DNA of 64,000 nt. Origin: Dicyema japonicum (taxonomy: Eukaryota > Animalia > Dicyemida). Where the stretch lies: assembly GCA_011109175.1 (NCBI GenBank), contig RDEW01000001.1:685182-749181 (forward strand). The letters run 5' to 3'. Positions 26,174-38,339 of this stretch are shown piece after piece. Position numbers and translations under genes: made by a program. Below the pieces are notes generated by a model, which was given only the letters and a program-made list of their open reading frames with translations, ran no database searches and was not told where the DNA came from. Numbering within the stretch: position 1 is the first letter of the stretch; every line of letters begins with the position of its first letter.

Positions 26174-27152
26174 TTTAATAATATTTAATTCACTTATATC
26201 GTTAGGTTGTTGGATGTATTGGGTCTCATATCTAAATTTATAGTTTTAATAATAACCACCCAGTCAGCTATCTCGGTTATTTTCTTAAAATTATATTCAA
26301 ACGATAAAAATGTATGGAATATTTCAGGTAATCGCAGAGCCATTATGTTGTAGTTGTCCAGTAATTATAATCTTTACACATAAAAGGTTAGACTTTTTAG
26401 TAAATTTTGAATATAAAGTCAAAACCATTTACCCAAATAAAAGAAAAATAAAGTATTGCAGCGTCTGAAGCACTGGAACTCCAGGCGTTATTGATTTTGA
26501 CAAAATTAATAATTACTCAGAAAACACTCACACCTCAAACGAATGAAAAAATTCGATAACTACACCAATTTTAAAATCTGAAAAGTCTAAAATCATATCG
26601 ACCGATTTCTTTAGCACTCTTTCAAAGGTGTTAGATTAGTTACACTTTGTTATGATTACTCCCACTCTAGTAGAACAAAGGAAAAAAACACGGGAAAGTA
26701 AAAAACAACAAATAATCAGTATTGTGGTAAATTAATATAAATATTCCTGTAGAATACCCATGAGTTTTTCTTTGTTGATGCTGTCAGTTGACCCACGTGG
26801 CAATATTATTGAAATACATATTTAATTAAGTTAGTCATAAAACATGACTAATTGTTAATACTAATTGATATATCATTTCAAACATTAACAATCTCAACAG
26901 ATTTTATCCAGACTCTTCGGTCGATGTTCGTACTTCGATTCTACACAAGCTCGTTGGGGTCGGGTTTTCTCCTGATTGCGTTTGATCAAGTCTCCTCCGA
27001 ACTCCATCAGATAAGGATCTCCATGGGTATTGCATCATGCTCATTTCGGTCATAGACCACTTCCTGTCACTTTAATCCCTTTTTTGAAGCTGCAATTTTT
27101 TGTGCATAATCCAAGAGAGAGGTTCCCATGTGACATAATAATAATATGAAAT

Positions 27153-27384
27153 TATTATTATTTTATTAACCCCGAAAAAAGAACACCAAGAAAGAAGGAG
27201 TAAACCAACTAATTAAGTGATCCCGGTACGCCTCAACAGAGAGGTTTTTCCTATGTTCCTCCGGAGTACCCACGGCTTTCCTGAATAGACGACGATCATC
27301 TTTCATTAGAGTTTGAAGAGGGGTAGGTTTTTCTCCAAATTTCGTGTATTTGAGGCCTCTAGCCTTGAATGGAAGAAACAACAC
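27153..27384 (-). mobile_element. 5'-truncated family A LINE 3' end with 9-bp TSD
   Basis: Highly similar to 17550-17785. atatgaaat occurs at 27144-27152 and 27385-27393. Confidence 0.85.
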
Positions 27385-27428
27385 ATATGAAATGCACGGC
27401 TCAATGTACTAAAAGTAAAGTGGTTTTA

Positions 27429-30400
27429 TTATTATTATAACCCCGGGAACACAGGAAAAAGTTATCGTCTAATTAAGTGATCCAGGTGTCAGTGCGTCCT
27501 CTTTTATTTCGAAAGAAACAACACATATGAAATGCACGGCTCAATGTACTAAAAGTAAAGTGGTTTTATTATTATTATAACCCCGGGAACACAGGAAAAA
27601 GTTATCGTCTAATTAAGTGATCCAGGTGTCAGTGCGTCCTCTTTTATTTCGACTTTGTCTGCAATGTTTTCTGATCTTCTAAAAGGGAGAAGGTTTTATC
27701 TCAAATTTGCGAGCATCTGGTAGGCAAGAAACTCATCTTCAAGGGGGTTACCAGAAGATCGCACCATTTTCAAGAATTTTTGTTGTTCGTTACAGAGATG
27801 TTCCATAACTTTTTTGAGATCTAATTTGTTCCTCATTTCTGACATAGGCGTCATTCTGTCACATTTAAGAAGGATCCGGAGGCATTGATTTTGTATGACC
27901 TCTAATTTGTTCTGCGTGGACATTGACGAGGGTGTAATCCACGCATGTTCCATTATCGGTAGAATATACTGTTTGTATAATAATTTGAGATGAGAAAGTT
28001 GGCGATCTAGCAAAGGTCTTGAGGATCCCCATCTTTTTTTGAACTTTTGAAATTATTGTGTCCACATGACGTGTGAACGTCATTAACGGGTCATATGTAA
28101 CTCCAAGGATTGATGGGTTCTTATTAACTGGGATAAGCTCTCCATTCCAAATTAATTTAGGATCGAAAGATGTATGTTTCCTGTAGGAGGAGATAATCGC
28201 AGTGCTCGACTTCCCAGGGGATATTTTCATGTGGTTTTTGAGGAACCATGGGTTCATAATGTCGAGGGTCTCCTGAACCATTCGTGCAGCTTCTTTATGG
28301 TCTTGCTGCGACAATGAGATCGTCGGCATAAGACCAAAGGATGGTATTTTGGATGATTGGATTTGGAAGGTCTCTTATAAATAAATTGAACAAGGTTGGT
28401 GATAAAGGGGATCCTTGAGGGCCCCGTTTGGGAGGTATCGTTGTCTTGATTTTCTATTATTCATGACAACTTGGCCTTTTCTACCATTAATGAAATTGGG
28501 CACATTTGTCATAGGGACATACACATTTGCTATAGTCATTCGGAGTGAGTGTAACTTTTTCACTGTGAGTTGTTCTAATGGATCTTCAGTGTCCATAAAA
28601 CTTGATATGTAATTTGAAAGGTACACAGCATTAATCTGATTATGGACAATGGTAAGTAAGCCTCCACCTCTTCCAAATTTTCGGTCTTCCGGAGCACGTA
28701 ATATCCAAAAAACGTTAAAGTTGAATCTTTATGAGTAAGCTTTGATTCTTGAATTAAAGCGATATCCACTGAGTTGGACTGAAAAAATCGTAAGTTCAAT
28801 TATCTTTGTTCGAATTCCATTTATGTTGATTTGGGCAATAATCGGGGAGAGATCACTCAAAAACAAATTAAAAAAGATTGGTGACAGAGGAGATCCTTGG
28901 GGTACACCATTGGGTAATAATCCCGATCTGGAACTCTTGTTTCCGACGGACACTTTCCCTCGGCGTCCACTTACGAAATTTGCTTACCATAACTTTAGTG
29001 GTGCATCAATTTTTGTCAAAAATATTTTTCGTATGAGGATCTTCCTTGGGACAGAGTCGAAAGCTTTTTGAATGTCGATTGTACATATGACCGATTTTTC
29101 CTGTTTTGGCTTGTTCTTGTGTCCTTCAGTTATGAACTTTATTAATGTTGTTAGGAAGGAGGTTGTTGATAATCCTTCCTTGAAGCCATGTTGGAATGTA
29201 GGTTGTGGGAGAGAAGGGCGAATAACTTTCTCCAGGATCCTCGACAAAACACATATAAGGGAAACTGGTCTGTAAGAGCCGGGATCGTTCTTCGGTCTTC
29301 CCGGCTTCAATATTGGTCGAATTTTTGATAGTTTCCATAAAGTCGGTATGGTATTTATGTTCAGCGATGTGTTGTAGATGATTGTTAATGCATTTATTGA
29401 TGCTGGGCCCAAGTGTTTCAGCAGAATAAGAGGAATTCCGTCTGGGCCACATGAGTTTGTTTTTTTCTGATTTGATATTGCTGTTCAGCGATGTGTTGTA
29501 GATGATTGTTAATGCATTTATTGATGCTGGGCCCAAGTGTTTCAGCAGAATAAGAGGAATTCCGTCTGGGCCACATGAGTTTGTTTTTTTCTGATTTGAT
29601 ATTGCTTTGGATACATCTTTAGGGGGAAAATAAATCAGCGGGGCAAATTTGGATGGTTTTCTCTTTATTTTCGTTTGTGTGTTAATCTTTTTATAAGGAA
29701 TGTGACTGATTCGAATAGAATGTTTCATATATTTATTCAGATTGAGCTGGCATNAAAATAAATCAGCGGGGCAAATTTGGATGGTTTTCTCTTTATTTTC
29801 GTTTGTGTGTTAATCTTTTTATAAGGAATGTGACTGATTCGAATAGAATGTTTCATATATTTATTCAGATTGAGCTGGCATGTTCTTTGTTATCTTCGTA
29901 TTCTGGGTTCTTCAGACGTCTCAACATCTTCCACATGTTGGAAATTGAGGTCTGATTATTCATGGCAGCAGAGATTCGCATGAGTTTCTTCCTTTGGGTG
30001 TTGTTTGTGCTTTTCGTGATAAGAATGTTTAGTGACCTGATTCGATTAATGACCTCTCGTGAACGATGTATCATTCTCTTAAGGTTGTTTCCATAATTAT
30101 TTTCTTTGTTTTTGAGTCGTATTTCAATTTTCGTTTTTTATATATGCTTTTCTGATAAAAATATTTCTCCCATCAATAATTGTTTTGTTGAAATAGTATA
30201 CAGCTTTGTCTATGGAGGAGAAATTTTCAGGTTGGAAATGTTGCAGTTTTGAATCAACAAAATTTGTAAAGCCAGTCCAATTTGCATTTTTGTAATCATA
30301 AAAATGAATAGGCTTCGGTATAAAGCGTGGCTCGCGTTCAGCTTCATTAACATTGAATGGTGGTCGCTCCGGAGGTCATAACGGACCGACCAATTAAGAT

Positions 30401-31197
30401 CAGGGAAAGACGAGGTGAGCAGACGGATAAGTCCGGAGATGTCACCATGTCCTTCGTGTTGTATGGTGTCCTAGTGTTCTTTTTCGGGTTGTTGATGATT
30501 AAGTTTTGCATTTGGGATAATAGCAGGTTTCCTCTGTTATCAGTGGATTGGTAACGAAACCAAGAAGGGTGCTTCGCATTCAGGTCTCCACATAAAAGCA
30601 AGTTCTCCAGTTTGTCCAAGGTAGATAAGTCAAAAGAGAAATTTTTCTTGTAGGAGCCAAGAGGAGGAACATAAACATTCGCAATTTCAATTTTTCCAAT
30701 GGAAGTTATAACAGAGATTCCAATTATCTCCGTGTTCGAGTCTTCCATTAAGCTCTTGTAAAGAGAAGGGTTTTCTCGAGGTATTTTATTCCTTTTCTCA
30801 CAAGAGTCAGTATACCCCCTCCTTGGCCAGATGGGCGGTCGGATCTTACTGTGTTGTATCCGTTAAATAGAGGAGTAGGAATCTTATTTGAAAGTTTCGT
30901 TTCCTGGAGAAGGCAGATGTCCACTCTGTTCCTCTCCAAGAATAAGGAAAGTTCGGCAATCTTTTCTCTGATCCCGTTTATGTTTAAGCTTTGGATTGTT
31001 AACTTCTTTGGGCCTGGGTTTTGTTCCACGTCTCCTAAGGTCAACAGTCTCAATCGATAGAATGTTCCAACAGTGAGAGAATGCCGTCCAGTAGGAAGTC
31101 CTCTGGTTGGTAGAGAGCAAATGGTTCTTTTTAGATATAGTTTCGGACTATATCCGACGCCACCAGAAACGGTGAACCACATGACGCACGCTAAAAT
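27429..31197 (-). mobile_element. Composite I/Ingi/Vingi-like LINE: 2A-like peptide, APE, RT(1-4), then a second APE fragment and RT(4-7) and 3' end; frameshifted
   Basis: GDVEQNPGP, LNINGI, DICLLQETKL, GQGGGIL, ANVYVPP, GDLNAKHPSW, SPDLSV, GPDGIP, YRPVSL, QHGFKEG, DIQKAFDSV, PQGSPLSP and ILGVTYDP. Ends in a (TAA)n tail at about 27430. Confidence 0.92.
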
Positions 31198-31299
31198 TAT
31201 GAAATGCACGGCTCAATGTACAAAGAGTAAAGTGGTTTTAAATATTAATACAAATAATATTATAAAATAAATTGATTATTAATATATTATTTAAATAAT

Positions 31300-32978
31300 A
31301 TGCTCTATTCTTCATTAGACTGTGTTCTCAGACTTCCAATTCTCATAATTCTCGATCACTTCGGAGACTTACATGACAATTTCCTAACAGCAGACGTACT
31401 TCCTTGTTTACTCAATGTTGGATTTTTTAAACTCCCATTAAGTCTATCAGGTATGGATTCTATTCATTGTAGTTATCCTCTATCTGATTTGTTGCCTTTT
31501 CCGTCCGCTTTCCTTCATTCTACGTCTCTACACACGTATTATCCTCATCCTCATTGCCATTCTGGTGAACTCAGCCTTTTCTCTACTTCAAATCAACATC
31601 AATGGAAGTTGCTTGCGATATACGACTTTTATTGTCGCCTTCCCCTTAATTTACGTGATGTGGTCCTCTCTGGAGTACAAGAGGAGTAAATTAGCTGTCA
31701 TTTTCTGCTACACATCTTTGTATGCTTTCGTGTTGGCTGGTAAGGTGTCATCTCTCCTCTTTGGCCTTCTAGGACTGGTACCTTTGATGATCTGTTTGTT
31801 TGAAGGAGTCAAGTTCCTTTCTCCCCGTTCTATGATTTCTGGGATTTTCAATATTAACCTAGATGGCATGGGACCGTTCTCGATTATCCTCAATTTCAAC
31901 AGTCTGCGACTTTATGGATTCATTTTCTGTTTGATTCCCCCACTCATTAACCACTTTACGTGGGACTCATTGTTAGATTCTATTTTGGGGGAATTTTCAT
32001 ATAGTTATGTGAGGATTATCTGTTTGTCTGCCTACTTTTCTTATTTTGGTCGTGTTTTAGCATTTACTCTGTCACATTTCCGTATTGAGTCGGATGTGTA
32101 CTTCATTTTGGACTTTCTTTACGCGGTGTTTGTTATTTGGATGTCCTTAGTGATTGGTCTTCCAAATTTTGAATCGTAATTTTTGGTTTAATAGCAGGTC
32201 GGAAAGAGCGGGAATTTTGAGAAAGAATTTTTGGTTGGCTTTGCTGAATTCTCTGTTTTTGGTTCACGAAATGGTAAAACGGCACATCAAAGATCACGGG
32301 GGGTTCCAAAATCTGCCTGGGTTCATGCCTCTTGTCTCCTCCATTATGGTTATCTTGGGCTCCACTCTAATTGGAATCTACATGTTCTATACCAGGGTTG
32401 TAGACGCCTGGCTGTTGACTGTAATGCTCCTTGTTGCTGAGGTATACAAGTGGGTGGTTATTTAGAACAACGTTTCTGCTATTTGCTGTCTCGTGTTGTA
32501 CTTTTACTATAAATTTACTCAAAACTCTGAAAGTGAAAACGCTGGAAATTTTGAGTTTATTGTTGTTTTGGCGGGCGAATCTGTTAATTTCGTGTTGGGA
32601 GTAATGATGCTCATCACTTCGATTTATACCTACTATCTGAAGGGACGCTTTTTTAGACTCCTGACAGTGTTACTGCACGTGTATGTGAATATATACGTGA
32701 AGGTCTGTTTTTGGTTATTGCAGTGGAAGGAGATATATGATTTGGTGAGATCCCACATTTGGATTCACATGGCCATAGGTAAGCTGCCAATGGCTTCACA
32801 GGACCAACTTGACAATCGGAGTAACATTTGCTCTATTTGCATTGATGATTTGGAATGTAAGGACTCGTGCTATCTCCATTGTACTCATGTTTTTCACGTG
32901 GCTTGTCTAAGAAAGTGGGCCGCTGTTAAGGAACTCTGTCCTGTATGTCTCGGCCCCCTTATTCTTACTAATAGATAG
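31300..32978 (+). CDS. RNF145: Polytopic membrane RING-H2 E3 ligase, RNF145/RNF139 (TRC8) family
   Basis: N-terminal LDCVLRLPILIILD, many TM segments, KLPMASQDQL, and RING-H2 CSIC...CTHVFHVACLRKW...CPVC. Tiny introns include 32176-32194/32197 and a 24-nt intron ending at 32465. RNF145 versus RNF139 is not resolved. Confidence 0.82.
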
Positions 32979-33679
32979 ATTTGTGAATAAATTTATTTAC
33001 CCCCGTTTTATTAATTATCTGTTTTTTTAAATGGGTTATTAGGTCAATCAGTCTAATATGACAGGGTTCATCACTTTTATGACTAAATTAAGTAGGTCGT
33101 TGAACATTGTGGGATTTATTGTAATAGGGACGATTTTGACATAAAGATTCTTTACTTGTTGGGTCTTTATGATTATTATGTCACATGGCCGACTTAAAAC
33201 TAATATGTCGCGTGCGCTGAGCACAGATAATTTGACAGGTGCCAACATCTGTCATGTTAATTGAAAATAAATCAATACTCAATTTTGGAATAATTTGTGC
33301 ATTTTTATATAAAATCATTATTTTTCCTAATAGAAATTAATTTAAGGTAATAATAATTATTATGGGCAAAAATATTTTATAAAAGATTTACACCAATTTT
33401 TGCTGGCATACCATAATTTTTGACAATAAAATCAAAAACTAACCCACATCAAGTTGTCCTGATGCCTAATAAAGTTACCGTAAAAACTACTTAAGAGTAC
33501 AACATTATAAAATGCATTCTGGAGTGACAAGCCCTGAATGTATCAGCAACTCGGAAGTATAGAAAAGCTTTTATTTTACTTTAATTAAAATTTTAGTAGG
33601 AATTTAATATTATCGTCGTATGCTCCCATGTTCCGGAATTTGCTCCTTAACAGGTTAAATCCCATTATTTTGATTCACT

Positions 33680-34400
33680 AAGCATAAATTGAGTGAAAGG
33701 GAAGATCCTCGAACTCAGAAACCTCTTAAAAAGGTATAATACTGACATTTGCATACTCCAAGAAACAAGACTGACTCTGTTTTCTTCTACTCCCGTCTTT
33801 CCAAACTATCACGTCATCAGGCGCGACCGCCCAGCTGAGCGGGGTGGTGGACTGCTTATCCTTATCAAAAAAGAAATTCCGTACGCAAACAAAACTTTTG
33901 TCAACTCAAGTCTCCCGTAGAATATATAGGTATTTCAGTCAAGACAAGCATCGGAAACATAAACATATTGAATGTGTATGTGCCACCGCCCAACTCTTGC
34001 CCCAAGGAATTCAGGTTCTCCCTGTCAGACATCGACAAATCAAAAAATATGTTACTTTGTGGAGACCTAAATGCAAAGCATCCGACATGGTTCAAGAACC
34101 AACCATGCAATGTCAGAGGAAGCCAATTGTTATCGAATCTGGATGACCTGATAATATTAAACAACCCTACATTCAATACAAAGATTCCCTACAGAGCGAA
34201 TGACAAGACATCGTCCCCCGATCTCACTCTTGCCTCACCAAACATCGCAACATTAACAAATGGACAGTGCTATACGAGACCAGCAGTGACCATAATCCCA
34301 TTATGATTACGTTTGAAGGAAGAGTGTCAATTGTAAAGAAACCTGTTTTATTTATCGACTACAAAAAATGTCGACTGGGAAAAGTTCTCAAATTTGCATC
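33680..34400 (+). mobile_element. APE endonuclease fragment of an I/Ingi-like LINE
   Basis: DICILQETRL, RRDRPAERGGGLLIL, NVYVPPP, GDLNAKHPTW and SSPDLTL. Paralogous to 30347-31000. Confidence 0.88.
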
Positions 34401-34734
34401 TATAAAAAAATATCTTCCGGTCTGTGTTTAAATGGGTGTGCGTTCTGTGTCACCACTAAAAGTAAAATATTACTAGAAAGTAGAAAAATGTCTATTTTAA
34501 GTAATATCTGAAAATGCGAATGGGGGATCATCTATTAGGTTTATGCTAGAATGAGATCTTATTTCGGGGATTCCCTGCACAACTGACGCTGAAGTTAATG
34601 ATATTTGAACAACCGGAATATTTAACTCAGATCCCCAATTAACATTGAAGTGATTTTTTTCATCAATCGACTTGGAAGAATCCTCTTTGGTAGTTAAGGA
34701 CTGAACTCATTACTAAGAAATTTACTACAGGCAT

Positions 34735-34900
34735 ATTTTTAGAACCCCGCGGTCTCCGAGAAAAAAAGATAGGCATAAAAAACGTCAGACAGTTAAGTAA
34801 TCCCAGTTCCCGTAATCAAACAAGCCATCCAACGTCTGTCGTCTACCATTGTTCCGACTACTGTGCGAATAAGCCTTCTCTCATACCTGCAGAAGAATCC
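34735..34900 (-). mobile_element. I/Ingi-like LINE 3' end
   Basis: The minus strand has ACTGGGATTACTTAA (TGIT*) and terminal ttctcgg..cgcggggtt. Confidence 0.5.
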
Positions 34901-37900
34901 GTATGCGGATGGGAACTTTCCAAGTTTTTTCATCTTATGATTTCTTCTGTGTCTCTCAGTAGAATCCAAGTTTATTAATATTTATGTTCATCAAGGATGT
35001 TGTCATTCTTTCGATTTCGGTTATTTCGATTTTTCCGGTTTACGATTAGGAACCATTCACCAAATTTGTCCGGTGCATTTTTCTGTCGATGTGAGAGAGC
35101 TTCTGTATCCCCGGATATGAAATTAAGCGGGCACATGAAAATGTCAAAAAGTGAAACAGTAATAGCCCCAAAGTATTAAAACAGGAACAAATTCATTTAA
35201 TGTTGTATTCCTTCTCAAAGGCAGCAATAAAATGGCACTAAATACAACCAAACGGCATACAAGTGAAAAAAATGTATTTTTCAGTAATTTTTTGTATAAC
35301 GTGTAAGTCTATTTTTAAATTTCAATTCTAGTGGAAGAATTAGGGACTCTGAAATTAAGTTATTCGTAGTATTCTTTTTATAATTTTTGATATTTTTTTA
35401 TTGTCTTGTACTCCTCGTCAGTATTTTTATTATCTTCCATTTAATTAAAATAACTCCAAAGACCAAAGGTAACCAAACTAGCTAACTCGTTGATTTTTAC
35501 TCGTTACAGCATTCTAGAACATGTCTCATGGTAACAACATTGTTCCCGGGGAAAGAATAGTGGATTCTCTTGATGTCGGCCGGGCATTAGGCGTCTCCTC
35601 ACTCAGGTGGATCCAATGACGTCATCAAAGGGAATGAAAATAATTTTTGACTTACTAACCACATAGCTCCACATGGCGCTGTTGAAGTGATAATAATAAT
35701 TATTATTACTTAATATTAATCTCTATTAATTAAAAATGATTTTACATAAAAATGATCAAAATTATTCCTATCTTAAGTATTGATTAATTTTTATTAAACA
35801 CGACAGATGTTGACACCTGTTAAAAAACGTGTCATCACTTTCAGCTACAAAATAAATATGAATGTACTGGGAAGAGATTATAAGTTAATTAAAACAACAA
35901 TAATAACAATGTATTAACAAAGAGTTAAGGAGTTTTATAAAAGGTGAAGTCAATTTTATTAAGGTTTATCTATTTCCTAGGAGTGAGAACCATCCCTTCA
36001 AGTATCACATCCAAATTTATAACTGTGATAACCACTCTACAGGAATAGAAAAAGTGATTCTTTTGAACACTATCAAATGAGCTAGTTTAACAAACAAAAA
36101 GAATAAAAATCAATGCTATAAAGCAAGATCAAAAAACACCATTATCACTGTGTCAAAAAAAATGAAATAAAAGATCTGAACAAATTAGTTGATTTCAGTC
36201 CGACAAGAGCCACCAGTAAGGTTTATTTTCTGATGAAAGTTTTCTTTAATAAGGAAATCTGATAAAGCAATCAGATTAGCTAGAAAAATGCTCAACCAGG
36301 TCTTCAGGATGTAAGCCATCTTAATCATAAACTCAACCTGGGAGTTAGAAAATCATAAATTTTGGCGAATTAATGTGTACTTGTGTCGGTCCATAAAATG
36401 GAAATCCAAAGATACAATTATTAAACTTGGAAATTCAGAATTTTGCATTTAGAATATAATCGGGAAATCAAATCGATAATGATAATTCCCTAATTCAATG
36501 TAATAAAAAATAAAAAAAATTTTTAGTGAAAATAAATCATATATGTAAGAAATGACATTCGGATATTTACCGATTGGAAGTTTGGATAGGTTTAGGGATC
36601 TCGCCTGTGAACTTTTGTTGGAGAATGACATCCATAAAGAAAAGAGAGTACTCGATTATTATAATTCGCGGTCATTGGCTTTCAAGCAATTGGAGAAGTG
36701 AAGCAATTAGCCAAATAAACAATTATTATGACTTGAAAATGCAAAAAAATGAATTTGAGAGTTAATTTTGAGAAATACAAGTATGACTTGGACTTATTCT
36801 CAGAAAGCGCAAGAAAAGAACACAAATTTAATCCAGGTCTGTAGTGACAACCCAACTAGTGGGGGCCTGACTCAGAATTATTTGGAAACTGTTATGAAAG
36901 TGATCAAGGTTCACTTTTTGTCCTTATGACAAAGATAGGAAGTTTTTCGTTTTCCCTCTGTTTGATGTGGATTATTTGGATTTGGGACCGATTTGTAGAC
37001 GAACACTATTCCACCTGACTCTTCGAAAGGAATGAACTCGGTATTATAGCCTCCCTATCGTTTTTGACTAACTGTTTGCTCACCGCTTACTTTAGATGAG
37101 CGGACCGCGAACATTACAGCTATCTTCACTGATCCAGTCATTTTAGACCGCATTATAACGGAACTTGAGTCAATTGTGCAAAGTTCTTATTGAGCGCTTC
37201 CAGCATTTTTGCAATATCGTCTACCACGTGCATAGCAAACCAATTTACTTTTAAAAAAGAAATAACTTTGATTTATTAAGAACAAAATTGTATATATTGT
37301 CAAAAAGATCGCTTTTGAAGAAAGCTTCTCCCGATAGTTGCCGGGACAAATCTCGAACTTTATAACCAACAACTAAAAATATTTCATTCAGCTAAATTTC
37401 ACTGGGCTAAAATACTGTTATTAAAATGATGAAAGTTGTTCGCGATTTCTTTCATGTTGCCGCCTTGGAAATGAACTCTGAAAAGTCAGTCTCTAATGTT
37501 AAATCGTTGTCATTTTGTGAACTCTGGATGGAGTCAGTGGAAATCGATATTTAGGTGTTTTTGAAGATGAGGGAAGTAATGTTCTTAAACAAAGTTATGT
37601 AGTCCATTTTTTGAAGACGAGGGACGTAATGTTCTTAAAAACAAAGTTATGGAGTCCATGTTAAGAAGAGAATAGCCATGCTTTCAAAAACTAAGTTAAA
37701 TTTAGCGACACGCTAATAAATAAAATATTATTAAAGAGTATACCACAATGTAAATTAATTTTTAAAAATAAATTAATATTAAATTAATTTTTAAGTTATT
37801 TAATAAACTGAATTAAGACTAAGTGAAGAAACCAAACAGGGGTAAGGTTTCTGCCAGAAATTTTGGATGAGCCAGCCAATTATAAAATTCAGTTTATATT

Positions 37901-37929
37901 TTTAATTATGTACACTTTTTTAATTAAAA

Positions 37930-38260
37930 ATGATGAGGACAAAACATTAGTTAGCTGCCTCTTCACTGCGTGGCTGTTCTCTCTGAGAATTGCGAGCGAA
38001 ATTCGCTCAAACAGCCAGCGGCGTTCGCGGAGATCTCCAGAGTATGAGGTGATCCGGTTTCCAAGACGTCCGAAAAACTCTAGTGTAGAGAGGGAGTAAG
38101 ATGCGGAAGTCTCCATATCAAGGGGAACAAATTAGATATTATCAGAAGGGTCGTCGTATTTTTCGAGTTTGGCCTAATCCGCCTTGACGGCTGCAGAGCA
38201 GGCCCTTGAGCGCACTCGTGAAGATTGTTTGCCTAGGCACTTAAAAACAGCGCTCTGCTA
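37930..38260 (-). mobile_element. CRE-clade LINE 3' fragment
   Basis: AKLEKY...FVPLDMETSA...LGNRITSYSGDLRERRWLFERISLAILREN. Confidence 0.8.
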
Positions 38261-38339
38261 GATCGACATATACAAAGCTTTTTACTAAGTCTCGCGGAAG
38301 ATTCTATCGAGAAAAAAATTTCAATCGTAGATCCCAGGG

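Noticed and set aside
33610-33700. Second 2A motif upstream of the APE fragment at 33693
   Set aside because: Only LLLNRLNP is visible; DVExNPGP is absent.
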